DNA from: a bacterium
GTDB taxonomy: Bacteria > SZUA-182 > DTGQ01
Assembly: GCA_040752695.1 (NCBI GenBank)
Contig: JBFMGO010000020.1
Span: 11,473 to 65,071, forward strand
DNA: 53,599 nt
Reading direction: 5' to 3'
Shown: in pieces, positions 30,082 to 40,142 of the stretch
Layout of the letters: the number at the start of each line of letters is the position of its first letter
Numbering within the stretch: the first letter of the stretch is position 1
Notes under the pieces: model-generated
Told to the model about the DNA's origin: nothing
Seen by the model: only the letters and a program-made list of their open reading frames with translations
Databases searched by the model: none
Translations under genes and position numbers: made by a program

Positions 30082-30903
30082 ATGCTTTTTCACACGTTTT
30101 TACATATCCCGGGTGTTGGGGATCGGATAGAACAGATGCTGTGGCGCAACAATATACTTACCTGGGATGATTTCCTGGAATCACCGGAAAGCCAGCGGCT
30201 GGTCGGATCCAGATACCGTACCATGAAAAAATATATCGAAAAATCCAGGCAGAACCTGGACAATATTTATTTCTTCAAAAAGCTCCTTCCTTCGCGAGAA
30301 TTGTGGAGGCTCTTCCATCAATTCCGTGAGAAAGCTGCTTGCCTTGATATTGAATCCATTTATGTAAATTCCATCCATGAAATTACCGTGATCGGCCTGT
30401 ATGGAAACAATCAGATGAAGAGCTTTATCAATGGGCTGAATATCGAAGATTTTAAAGAGGAAATCACCGGCTACGATCTGCTTATCACCTATAACGGGGT
30501 TTGCTTTGACCTGCCGGTTTTGCGTGAGCGGCTGGTAATGAGCTTTCCCCACGTTCATGTCGACCTGCGCTTTTTTCTAAAGCGGCTGGGCTTTACCGGC
30601 GGGCTGAAAGGGATCGAAAAGGATTTTGGCATTATGCGCTCCGAAGAGATAAGAGGGCTTACGGGCTATGATGCGGTCTTGCTCTGGAAGAAGTACTTAA
30701 AAGGAAACCAACAGGCGCTCGACACCCTCCTGGAGTATAATACCTCCGACACCCGGAACCTGAGATACCTGATGGAAAGGTCCTATGAATTGATGTTTAA
30801 AAGTATATTCCCTGACAGCCAAGACGCTCTCTCTTTAGAGTCCGCTGTCACAGAGTCCGCCGCCCCAGGGGCCGACTGCCTGCCTTCGTGCCGTCAGCCG
30901 TAA
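30082..30903 (+). CDS. RNase H-like (YprB-type) exonuclease domain protein
   Basis: LDIES, TYNGVCFDLP, GGLKGIE, YNTSD; N-terminal HhH IPGVG. Confidence 0.85.
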   Translation: MLFHTFLHIPGVGDRIEQMLWRNNILTWDDFLESPESQRLVGSRYRTMKKYIEKSRQNLDNIYFFKKLLPSRELWRLFHQFREKAACLDIESIYVNSIHEITVIGLYGNNQMKSFINGLNIEDFKEEITGYDLLITYNGVCFDLPVLRERLVMSFPHVHVDLRFFLKRLGFTGGLKGIEKDFGIMRSEEIRGLTGYDAVLLWKKYLKGNQQALDTLLEYNTSDTRNLRYLMERSYELMFKSIFPDSQDALSLESAVTESAAPGADCLPSCRQP

Positions 30904-31017
30904 CTCCTCTTTGTGCGCCAATGACAAAAAGGCAGGAAGAGGACCCATAAAAAAGGCACAAGGCCGTTCTCTTTTTTAAGAAGCCCTTTTGCCCGATCTT
31001 TCGGATTTTTTGTTGGT

Positions 31018-31311
31018 TTATTCTTCTATCCGGATAAATTCTCCCATATCTTTAAAGGAGAAATTGACAAAGATGCGGACTCCATCAAAGTCCAAAACTC
31101 GCATATCATCCTTTGGATTCATGGTTTCTATCACCAGGGCAAAGTGGTTTCCATACAAAGTCTTACATTTTTCCACGGAGACTTCGGACAGGATGTATTT
31201 TTTCAATCCCTTGGCTTTAAGCGCTGCGGTTAATCTTTCGTCCAGAAGATTTTCGTAGGTGCTTACGATAAGAATTGGTCCTGTGTCCCCAAAAACGATC
31301 GCTGCTTTCAT
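31018..31311 (-). CDS. Conserved hypothetical protein
   Basis: GAGGAG RBS; protein-like composition (TGPILI...YGNHF...DMRVLDFDG). Confidence 0.75.
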   Translation of the reverse strand: MKAAIVFGDTGPILIVSTYENLLDERLTAALKAKGLKKYILSEVSVEKCKTLYGNHFALVIETMNPKDDMRVLDFDGVRIFVNFSFKDMGEFIRIEE

Positions 31312-31561
31312 GGCACTCACTCCTCTTTCTTACATTCGGCTTGCAAGAACAGCCTGATTTAAGCATCCAATATGCTTTCTATCTATCATTGTAGCACACT
31401 TCGATGGAGTATGTACTTAATTTTAGCGTAGGATATCTAATGGATTTACTTAAATGGGGCAGGTAATTTACTCAAGAAGCTCTCGCAGCTCTTCATCTGA
31501 AATATGAGAAGTGTCTATTCCTATCTCCTGCCGAAACTGGGCAAGATCCACAGCCTGTATT

Positions 31562-32146
31562 TCAGGCCGGTTTCTCTGGAGCATCTGTATCACTTCTACC
31601 GTTATCACTTCTATCATTATCACTTTCATCATTATCATTTCTATCGTTATCATTTCTATCGTGATCGCTTCTCCTGTTCTTATCCTTTTGGGAATCGGCG
31701 ATCTTTTCCAGATAGATCCTTATATTTCCTCCATCTTCCTGGAAACAGGCATATTTCAGCAGCGTAACCCTGCCTTCTCCCAGGTTCGAGAGTACCTTTT
31801 GCATACTGTGAGAGTAATGGAGAGAAATAAAAAAAAGATCAGGAGGGTGGCCAAAGTCAATTGCATCGGGGTAAAGCTTTTGAATTACTTTGCGGTTTTC
31901 CCGATACCACAAAAGACACTTGAAGGGGCGGAGAAATTCACTCTCCTGACCGGAGAGATTGAGGAAAAAGAGCATCGCTTTTTTGTCCTGGTCAGCAGCC
32001 AGAAGGTCGATACAGCCGAATTCGTCATCTCCAAGAGAAGTATCGAGGGCAATGGCTCCCTGTTGAATCTCACCAACCACTTCGGTGATGTATTCAATCA
32101 GTGTTCTGGGATCGTTGATGTCAAGAGGCTTCAATAAACGGCTCAT
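31562..32146 (-). CDS. Hypothetical protein with degenerate PD-(D/E)XK-like segment and D/N/R repeat tail; possibly frameshifted (extension to 31468)
   Basis: ATGA overlap with upstream gene; GCIDLLAADQDKK motif; 15-bp repeats at ~31585-31665. Confidence 0.65.
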   Translation of the reverse strand: MSRLLKPLDINDPRTLIEYITEVVGEIQQGAIALDTSLGDDEFGCIDLLAADQDKKAMLFFLNLSGQESEFLRPFKCLLWYRENRKVIQKLYPDAIDFGHPPDLFFISLHYSHSMQKVLSNLGEGRVTLLKYACFQEDGGNIRIYLEKIADSQKDKNRRSDHDRNDNDRNDNDESDNDRSDNGRSDTDAPEKPA

Positions 32147-32973
32147 TCGCTGCTCAGAAGATTTTCGCACAGGTCGGAAAGAGCCCGACCAGAGGCTGAT
32201 GAGGGTTCCATAAGGGCCAGGGGTTTTCTGAGCTTTATCGAGGTTATGGCCTTTTGGTCCAGGGGTACGTCGGTCATGGTAGCACAGGGGCTGACAGGCA
32301 GATACTTTGAGATAACCTTCGCCAGCTTGGCAGTGTTTTGCTGAAGGAGGTCAGCATCATCACCCGGCAGGGAAACGGCTCCGGTAATATAACGCTGACA
32401 GGCAGAAAATGTTTTTTTAATCCAGGAATAGGTTTTGACCAGGGAATGCATGTGGAAGTCCATGAGAAATAACGCTCTTTGGAAATGAATGAAAGGATCG
32501 AGTGCGAGCAATGCATCAGGGCCGTTGGGTGAGTTGATGATAATGACGGATGATTCCCAGATCGTTTGATCGGCGAAGATCCGGTTGATGACGTACGATG
32601 AACTGATAGATTTTGCAGATAATGCCAGCGAGAAAAGGGTGATCTTTGAAAACCCGTATAATTTGATATTTTCCATTTTGAAATCCGGAGTGTTCGGGAA
32701 ACCGGTTTTTAAATCGACCAGATCTCCCATGAGATATCGCACATTCGGGAGTTCGGAACAAAAGTCGATTACTGATACCGGTTGGTTGCGTTTAGCCATC
32801 TCCAGCGAAAGATTACAGGGAAAATATGATGCGGCCTCCAATGAAAGGCAGCAGAAGATCGCAAGCAGCAGGGGAGATTTTGATTTTGAAAGAGGAGGGT
32901 TAAAATGAGCGGCAATTCCTCTTAACGAATCAGCTTCAGCGGAAGGAAGAAATGAGGGTGAAATATCATCCAT
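32143..32973 (-). CDS. Degenerate MinD/FlhG/ParA-like protein
   Basis: NLSLEMAKRNQPVSVIDF..LPNV and VPLD..AITSIKLRKPLALMEPSSASGRAL match the MinD fold, but Walker A is absent. Confidence 0.65.
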   Translation of the reverse strand: MDDISPSFLPSAEADSLRGIAAHFNPPLSKSKSPLLLAIFCCLSLEAASYFPCNLSLEMAKRNQPVSVIDFCSELPNVRYLMGDLVDLKTGFPNTPDFKMENIKLYGFSKITLFSLALSAKSISSSYVINRIFADQTIWESSVIIINSPNGPDALLALDPFIHFQRALFLMDFHMHSLVKTYSWIKKTFSACQRYITGAVSLPGDDADLLQQNTAKLAKVISKYLPVSPCATMTDVPLDQKAITSIKLRKPLALMEPSSASGRALSDLCENLLSSE

Positions 32974-33087
32974 TTCACGACCTCCCTTTCAATGTGGTTA
33001 TTCAATGTAAAAAGTCCAAGATGTAAAATAAAATACAATATAAAAAATTAAGATGCAACATAACAAACGAAGATGCAAGATAAGGGT

Positions 33088-33290
33088 AGCGTAGCATAAT
33101 TATACCTTTATGTCAACGATAATTTATATTATATACCGAACTATGCGCAACTTTTTGCATAACGTTGTCTTGAGATCCGGGTATGAATCTCACATTTCTT
33201 TACACACAGCACAGAGCACATTTGGTGGGTGAAGTATGCATACTTATCTACTTTTCTTCAATTGACAAATGAAGTGGAATCATTTACAAT
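33088..33290. promoter_or_regulatory. Divergent sigma70 promoters
   Basis: Minus: TTGACA-N17-TACGCT (33116-33088); plus: TTGACA-N17-TACAAT (33262-33290). Confidence 0.6.
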
Positions 33291-33386
33291 TAAGATTGCC
33301 TTAAGTATACTAATATTTTATTTAATATTTTGGATCTATTCTCCATTTTCTTGTCCATGACAAGATCTGGACGGATGTAAAAAGAT

Positions 33387-33788
33387 ATGATTTACAAGCT
33401 GTTAAGATGCTTAAATTACGGTGCCGCCATCTGGTATATAATCGATGGAGTACTGCTAATATTCCCCTTTCCCGGCGTATTACCGTTCTTGAATCCTCAG
33501 CCGTCAGTAGATTTGGGTCTTTTCCGTCTGACTGGCATCCTCCTGGTTTTTATCGGTATCGGGTATGCATGGACGTCTTTGAACGCGGCTGCTACCACGT
33601 GGTATATGTGGATAATGGGGGTAATCTTCAACGGTATGGTATTCCTGGTCGAGACATACACAGTGCTCTTTCGTAATGTAGCCTGTTTTTACGTAATCCA
33701 GGGACTGGCAAGCGGCCTATTCTGCTGGGCTTTTTTATCTCTTTTAACAGTCCTTCATTATTCACGGAAAATTGAAACAATCGTTTGA
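33387..33788 (+). CDS. Small membrane protein (4 TM)
   Basis: Four hydrophobic segments; follows a sigma70 promoter. Confidence 0.7.
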   Translation: MIYKLLRCLNYGAAIWYIIDGVLLIFPFPGVLPFLNPQPSVDLGLFRLTGILLVFIGIGYAWTSLNAAATTWYMWIMGVIFNGMVFLVETYTVLFRNVACFYVIQGLASGLFCWAFLSLLTVLHYSRKIETIV

Positions 33789-33872
33789 TACGGCTTTCCT
33801 GATGTTTCCCTTGAACAGATTCTTAATGAATGTCTTTATTCAGAAAATGAATAAGGTAAGAGGAACGTATGG

Positions 33873-34214
33873 ATGCATCTTTTAGTTGTAGTATTAAATA
33901 AAGAGGAATTTTTGGATGAAGTACTGGAAGCCTTCGTAGAGGCAGGAATCACGGGTGCTACCATCGTTGACAGCGTCGGGATGGGCAGAACCCTGGCCTA
34001 CCGTATTCCTATTTTTGCCGGATTGAGAAAATCGATCAAGACATCCGACTACAATAAAATGATTTTCTCTGTGGTGCAGAGTGATGAAGCCTTACACGAG
34101 GTGATGGACCTGCTCGATGAAATCATTGATTTCGACGTGCCTGGAAGCGGATTGCTTTTTGTGGTTCCCATCACGTTTATCAAAGGTATCCGTCTGGAAG
34201 AGTTAACCTGGTAA
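33873..34214 (+). CDS. P-II-like signalling protein
   Basis: AGITGATIVDSVGMG, PGSGLLFVVPI..IKG. Confidence 0.85.
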   Translation: MHLLVVVLNKEEFLDEVLEAFVEAGITGATIVDSVGMGRTLAYRIPIFAGLRKSIKTSDYNKMIFSVVQSDEALHEVMDLLDEIIDFDVPGSGLLFVVPITFIKGIRLEELTW

Positions 34215-34230
34215 AAAAGGTGCTTTTTAC

Positions 34231-35418
34231 GTGGAATTATCCTCACTTTACCAAGAGATTATTCAAAATAACCAGCACAGGGAAGAAGTGACCCTTTCTC
34301 CCTACGCGTGCAAGAGTAACCAAGGAATCCGAAAGGAGCCTCAGAGAGAAAAGATCGCTGATGATTTGAACGTCCGGCCGGTTTTTTTCCACGACACCGA
34401 TAAGATCATCCACTCTCAGTCTTACTCCCGCTATATCGATAAAGCCCAGGTCTTCTTTTTGTTTGAGAATGACCATATTACCCATCGTGTCCTGCACGTG
34501 CAGTTTGTTTCCAAGGTTGCACGGGTAATCGGCAGATGCCTCAGGTTGAATGAAGATTTAATCGAAGCCATTGCCCTTGGGCATGACATCGGACATGCAC
34601 CCTATGGTCACGATGGGGAAGCATACCTGGATCAGATCTGCACCCGGAGCGGAATAGGCCGCTTTTATCATAACCTTCAGAGTGTCCGGCTGCTGAAGGA
34701 AATCGAGAATCGGGGTCATGGCCTCAATATATCCCTCCAGGTGCTCGACGGGATTATGGCGCATAATGGAGAGATGGAGAGTCAGACTCTGAGGCCGGAT
34801 TATGGCAAAACCTGGTCATCCTTTCTTGAGGATTACCACAAGGGATTCAATGAGAAGGATTATTACAAGAAATTTCGCCCCATGACCCTGGAGGGGATGT
34901 TAGTGCGCATTTCCGATATCATTGCCTACATCGGAAGAGATATCGAGGACGCTATTACCGTCAGGTTGATTCGAAGGGAAGATCTCCCCGCCCGGGTCGT
35001 ACAGATTCTGGGCAACCGAAATGATACGATTATCAATACTCTGGCTCTGGATCTTATTGAAAACAGCTTTAATAGGGATTACCTATGCTTCAGCTCCAAA
35101 GTGTTCGAAGCTCTCAGGGAATTAAAAAAATTCAACTATCAGGCCATTTATCTGAACCCTAAGATCAAGACCCAAAATGACAAGATCAAAAGAATGTTCG
35201 AATTACTGTTCGACAGATTCCTTCGAGACGTAAAAGACAGGCAAGTAGATTCACCGATTTTTAAGCTTTTTCTCGATAACCTAGATCCGGTTTACTTCAC
35301 TTATACTTCCCCCGAGCGAATAGTGATCGATTTTATCAGTGGTATGACGGATGACTTTTTTAATCACCAATTCCGGGAATCTTTTTTCCCTACTTCCTTT
35401 GGCATGGAGATAGAATAA
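34231..35418 (+). CDS. dGTP triphosphohydrolase-like HD protein
   Basis: KAQVF, HRVLH, LGHDIGHAPYGHDGE, DFISGMTDDF. Confidence 0.9.
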   Translation: MELSSLYQEIIQNNQHREEVTLSPYACKSNQGIRKEPQREKIADDLNVRPVFFHDTDKIIHSQSYSRYIDKAQVFFLFENDHITHRVLHVQFVSKVARVIGRCLRLNEDLIEAIALGHDIGHAPYGHDGEAYLDQICTRSGIGRFYHNLQSVRLLKEIENRGHGLNISLQVLDGIMAHNGEMESQTLRPDYGKTWSSFLEDYHKGFNEKDYYKKFRPMTLEGMLVRISDIIAYIGRDIEDAITVRLIRREDLPARVVQILGNRNDTIINTLALDLIENSFNRDYLCFSSKVFEALRELKKFNYQAIYLNPKIKTQNDKIKRMFELLFDRFLRDVKDRQVDSPIFKLFLDNLDPVYFTYTSPERIVIDFISGMTDDFFNHQFRESFFPTSFGMEIE

Positions 35419-35468
35419 AAAATGCCTCCGGGATCTTCTGGAGGCATTCTTGATCTTATCTTTTTTTC

Positions 35469-35792
35469 TTATCTTTTTTCTTGCAAGTTTGAAACCTCCA
35501 GGATACAATTTTGGGTTCCGAACTGGTTTGTCTGCAATTTTTGGCATTCAGGATCGTTTTGCCATTCGCCATCCACGAGATAGCGGTATTCATATCTTCC
35601 CGGCTCCAGATCCAGCCGTGCCTTCCAGTTGCCATCTTTATCTTTTTTCATGGTTTTGGTATAGTCCCAATTGTTGAAATCACCTACCAAAGCAACGTTA
35701 TGAGCCTCTGGTGAGTGAAAGGTAAATACAATTCTTTTCCTTTTGGGACGGTTGCTGGTGCTTTTTATTTCTGATGCTTTATTCGTTGCCAT
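35469..35792 (-). CDS. Glycogen-binding (CBM48/AMPK-beta-like) domain protein
   Basis: VALVGDFNNW, LEPGRYEYRYLVDGEWQNDP, NQFGTQN. Confidence 0.9.
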   Translation of the reverse strand: MATNKASEIKSTSNRPKRKRIVFTFHSPEAHNVALVGDFNNWDYTKTMKKDKDGNWKARLDLEPGRYEYRYLVDGEWQNDPECQKLQTNQFGTQNCILEVSNLQEKR

Positions 35793-36043
35793 TTGTCCTC
35801 CCTTATGAAACAACAAATTGAGAGTTTAGTTTACACAAAGGTTTAGCAGATTTAGTCAGCAAAGTCAAGAGGAAAAAAACGATTGAATTTGAATAATAAA
35901 TCTCCATTTTGCAGCGGTTGCAGACTCTTCGGTCTTCCCAAGCACTTACAGAATTGACTATCACACTGAATTTAGCTATGATTGTGACATTTCCATCAAA
36001 TGATCCGGTTCTGAAAAATACGATAAACCTTTTATACAAAGAC

Positions 36044-39000
36044 ATGGCAAATTCAAGAAAAACCGCTTCAATTCTCGTGCCCTTTATTCTCGCTTTTACT
36101 ATCGGAAGTTTACTGCTGGGAGTTCGGTTTGGCAGACGTTTTCTGGAAAAAAAACTGTTAGCCGCATTCAACACGAAAATTTTAAAAACTCTCTCCTCAC
36201 AGCTTACCTGGGAGAATGTCAGGACTGATCTTTTACGAAATACTCTTACCTTTGAGAATGTATCGGTTTCTTCACATCATCTCAGTGTTCCCCTATCGGT
36301 AAAAAAGGTGCAGGTTCGCTACAGCCTGGTGAACCTTTTCAGATCGGGCAGGCTCTTTTTCCCCCGCATTCGTCTCGTAGGATTGGAAGGAAAATGGACA
36401 GCCGGGACATCGCAGGAAGGTACACCGCAGATTCCCCTGAATGAAGAACTGGTGCGTATCATTCTCGAAAAAGCGCCTGCGTTTTTCAGAAAAGTACAGG
36501 TACTCGATGGAGATTGGCAGGTAGATTTTCCGGCAGCGGGCAGACATATTCATTTTCAGCAGATTGAATTACGCGGTGAATTTTCTAAAAAGAATTCGCT
36601 TTCTGTATGGATGCGCGTTCCAAGAATGCGAGTGATTGGACCGGGTGAGGGAAGCGCTCAAAACGAGGAGTCTTTCTCTTTGCCTCAAGCGGCTTTTTGT
36701 CTTTTTCAAAATTCGCTGCGTCTTGATGCTTTTTCTCTTTCCACAAGCCCTCAAGCGGAGGAAGTCGAACTGCAAGGCGAGATCTCTCACCTTTTTGACA
36801 GTTCTTCGCCGGCCCTCGATTTATCCTATCATGGCCGTATGAGCTGGAAAAGGCTGAAAGCAAGGTATCCCCATCTTGACTTTCAGGGTTCGCCTCTGGT
36901 TGCCAGGGGAAAGATCGGAGGAACTGTGGAGTATCCGATCCTGAAGGGTAAAATGGAAGTGGAGGAGATCAGATTCGGGCAAAGGGGCACGAAAAATCCG
37001 GGTACCTCGAATCAGCCTTCAGATCAGCCGCTGTTTGCCGCTTTAAAGGTCAACTCCCGCTACCTGCTGGAAAAAGACAGGATTGTCCTGAGTCAGCTTT
37101 CTTTTTCTACTCTGTCGGGGAAGGTTTCCGGGCAGGCTGAATTTGATTTTCCTGATCAGGGATTTTCGATCACTGCTTCTTTAGATGGTCTAAGACTGCC
37201 TCCTCTTTGTCCTTCTGGCCATGATCAAAAATTTTTCCTCTCAAAGGCTTATTCTGCGATACAAAAGGCGTACCCCCTTTGCGGAGGAACCGTTGCGTTT
37301 CAAGGAAAACTTCTTGGGAATCGCCAGCCGATCGGCTCGGGAAAATGTGATATACGATTCGATGGCATTGCGGGCAGGTCCATGCAGGATCCACTCACCT
37401 TAAAATCGGAAAGTTCCCTGCTTCAGGGAGGCACTATCCGGTTTGACAGTTCCAGTCTGAAGCTTGCAGGAAACTCTCTAGATTTTTATGGAAAGGTGAA
37501 CTATTCAGGAGCCGGACACTTTGAGGATCTGTGTTTCGACACCAATCTTAAGAATAGTGCCGGCCTGTGCACCTTATGGCCTGCACTGACAAACACAAGG
37601 CTCAGGGGGGAGATTTTTTTGACCGGAAGAATAGGCGGCTCTTTTTCCGATCCCACGGTCAATGGTTCGCTTATCTGGCAAGATGCTGTATTTGAGAAAT
37701 TCTCAATGCAAAAGATCGAGGGATTCATCCGGTATGATCAAAAATCCATCATTTTTTCCAAACTTCACCTCCAGCAGAACCAGACCTCTATTACCGTAGA
37801 CGGAAAAATTTCTGCCCTGACCGGCCAGGGAGACTTGCACGCCGTGGCTGATCCGATCTACTATGCTGATCTGGCCTCTATTTTGAAGCTTCATGCACCG
37901 CTTTTGATCGAGGGAAGGATGGCCTGTCAGTCGGATGTTCAGATTTTGCCTGAAAGCGAGCACATGTTTCTTTGCCGCGGCCAGGTTACCACAGGAGAGT
38001 GGTCCATCGCCCATAAGCTGCATCCATTCCTGAAGCAGCATTTTAATTCCGTAACCAGTGCCTTTACCGTGGACGGGCACACTTTTCGACTGGATCATAC
38101 CGTTGGCAGCCATGGCAGGCAAAAGGTGTTTGCAGAATTGATCATCCCCTACCACCAGTCATCGACAGATTCCCGGTACAGGTTTACTTCCGAAGACTGG
38201 GACCTGACTTCACTTGATACCGTCAAGGAGCCAAAGATTCCTCTGGAAGGGAGGTCTTCTTTCCAGGTCCAGGGAACCGGCTGGCTCGGCCATGGGAACT
38301 GGACCTTTGGGGTTTGCGTCCAACAACCCCGGTATGAGGGATTTAGCCTGGACCAGGTCATGGCCTCGATGCAAATGCACGGAGAGGAGTATCATGGCGA
38401 GATAACTGCCGGGGAAAACAAATTCTTCGTTCAAGGGACTATGGATAAGGGTATTTCCTATCAGTTAGTCGGCAAGGTCCCCGAGCTTCATGTGGAGCCC
38501 GACCTGCCTTACCTGTGCAATATGCTCAAGAACATGATACCGTTCAAGAATCCGAAGAGCGGTCATGCGCCGGTCAAGGATAAGGTTTTGGTCGAACTGT
38601 CCGGCCAGGTAAAGGCTCAGGGGATTCTCAACGATTTTAAAAAGAGTTCCGGGGAATTTTTGGCCAGCAAAGCTACCATCTATACACCCTTGCACTCCTT
38701 CAGCGCCAGGCAGCCCTTTACCATTACCTATGATCAGGGCCGGATTTTTGTCTCGGACAGTTTTTTTACCGGCGAGGAAGTAAAGGCCAGGTTGAGTGGA
38801 GAGATAAGCCGGGACAGGCGATTGGATTTTTCCTTTTCAGGGGTTATCCCGATGAATTATCTGGGACAAAAGTGCACATTCTTAGCCGGTTCCACCGGAA
38901 AAGTGCAGTTTGATCTTTCTCTGGACGGCTCGCCCGGCTCACTACAGCTTTCCAGCAGGCTGCGGGCTATCGACTGTTCGTTCGATCTGCCCAGGGTCAA

Positions 39001-40141
39001 CCGCCGGATAGAAGCAGTCCAGGGAGATATTATCATTGATGAGCACACCATAACCATTGCAAACCTGACCGGCATGTGCCATGAGGGCAGGATTTCGCTG
39101 TCCGGAAAAGCGGATTGGCGAAATTTTGAAATTACCTCCGTTGATTTGAACCTTAAGGGAGAAAATATCCTTCTTGCTGATCCTTTACGATATAAGTTTA
39201 TTATGGATGGAAATCTCCGTTGGCAGGGCAGCAAAGAGCATTCTGATCTGGATGGAGTGATTGACATCCGGGAAGGAAGATACAATCGGGATACCGGCCT
39301 GTTGCAGGAGCTTCTGACCAGACGCCGGAAAATCGATATTGGTGAAAACAGCTTCGTTCAATTATCGGGTACGGAATGGTTCAGCAATGTGTGTTACGAT
39401 GTCCGTATAAACATTCCGCAGTATGTATGGATAAGAAGCGCTTTTTTCAATGTTGAAATCGCCAAGTCAAATTTTGCCATAAAAGGTAATTTTTCTCATC
39501 CTTATCCGGAAGGACAGATTCGCACGATGAATGGTACCATCCTTTTGGGAGGAAGTAAATTCCGGATTATTTCCGGGCTTCTGGAACTGACTGATCCGGA
39601 ACGGCAGAATCCGTCTTTAGATATTCTCGCTGCTACGGACATCGATGCCTATCGGATTACCGCCAATATCTTCGGGCCTATCGATGACCCCCAGGTTCGA
39701 TTGTCCTCGACACCGTATCTTTCCCAAACCGACATTCTTAACATGATCGCTCTGGGCATCAGTTCCGATGCAGGAGCAGAAGGGGAATTGGCAGGCCAGA
39801 CGAGCATGGGGGGCGGATCTTCCATTTCCGATATCTTCGGTAAGGAATTGACCAGTTTTACCGGTATCGATCTTTTCCGGGCCAAGGTACTGAACCGCGA
39901 CCTGTTCAGGGTGGACCTTTTTACCTTTAAGGTGGGAGAGGAAAGCGGGACGGTCGAGAACATCACCGTGGGGCGAGATATCACGAAAAGATTGCAGCTT
40001 AAATATTCTATCCCGACCAGTGAGGAAAAACCGGAAATTGCAGAGGCTGATTATAAACTTTCGGATTATATCAAGCTGATTGGCTCCCAGGATGATCTTG
40101 GCACTTATTCACTTGATCTCAATTTCAGCTTTGAATTTTAA
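36044..40141 (+). CDS. tamB: Translocation/assembly module TamB
   Basis: N-terminal TM anchor, long beta-taenia, DUF490-like C-terminus (LSSTPYLSQTDIL). Confidence 0.85.
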   Translation: MANSRKTASILVPFILAFTIGSLLLGVRFGRRFLEKKLLAAFNTKILKTLSSQLTWENVRTDLLRNTLTFENVSVSSHHLSVPLSVKKVQVRYSLVNLFRSGRLFFPRIRLVGLEGKWTAGTSQEGTPQIPLNEELVRIILEKAPAFFRKVQVLDGDWQVDFPAAGRHIHFQQIELRGEFSKKNSLSVWMRVPRMRVIGPGEGSAQNEESFSLPQAAFCLFQNSLRLDAFSLSTSPQAEEVELQGEISHLFDSSSPALDLSYHGRMSWKRLKARYPHLDFQGSPLVARGKIGGTVEYPILKGKMEVEEIRFGQRGTKNPGTSNQPSDQPLFAALKVNSRYLLEKDRIVLSQLSFSTLSGKVSGQAEFDFPDQGFSITASLDGLRLPPLCPSGHDQKFFLSKAYSAIQKAYPLCGGTVAFQGKLLGNRQPIGSGKCDIRFDGIAGRSMQDPLTLKSESSLLQGGTIRFDSSSLKLAGNSLDFYGKVNYSGAGHFEDLCFDTNLKNSAGLCTLWPALTNTRLRGEIFLTGRIGGSFSDPTVNGSLIWQDAVFEKFSMQKIEGFIRYDQKSIIFSKLHLQQNQTSITVDGKISALTGQGDLHAVADPIYYADLASILKLHAPLLIEGRMACQSDVQILPESEHMFLCRGQVTTGEWSIAHKLHPFLKQHFNSVTSAFTVDGHTFRLDHTVGSHGRQKVFAELIIPYHQSSTDSRYRFTSEDWDLTSLDTVKEPKIPLEGRSSFQVQGTGWLGHGNWTFGVCVQQPRYEGFSLDQVMASMQMHGEEYHGEITAGENKFFVQGTMDKGISYQLVGKVPELHVEPDLPYLCNMLKNMIPFKNPKSGHAPVKDKVLVELSGQVKAQGILNDFKKSSGEFLASKATIYTPLHSFSARQPFTITYDQGRIFVSDSFFTGEEVKARLSGEISRDRRLDFSFSGVIPMNYLGQKCTFLAGSTGKVQFDLSLDGSPGSLQLSSRLRAIDCSFDLPRVNRRIEAVQGDIIIDEHTITIANLTGMCHEGRISLSGKADWRNFEITSVDLNLKGENILLADPLRYKFIMDGNLRWQGSKEHSDLDGVIDIREGRYNRDTGLLQELLTRRRKIDIGENSFVQLSGTEWFSNVCYDVRINIPQYVWIRSAFFNVEIAKSNFAIKGNFSHPYPEGQIRTMNGTILLGGSKFRIISGLLELTDPERQNPSLDILAATDIDAYRITANIFGPIDDPQVRLSSTPYLSQTDILNMIALGISSDAGAEGELAGQTSMGGGSSISDIFGKELTSFTGIDLFRAKVLNRDLFRVDLFTFKVGEESGTVENITVGRDITKRLQLKYSIPTSEEKPEIAEADYKLSDYIKLIGSQDDLGTYSLDLNFSFEF

Positions 40142-40142
40142 T

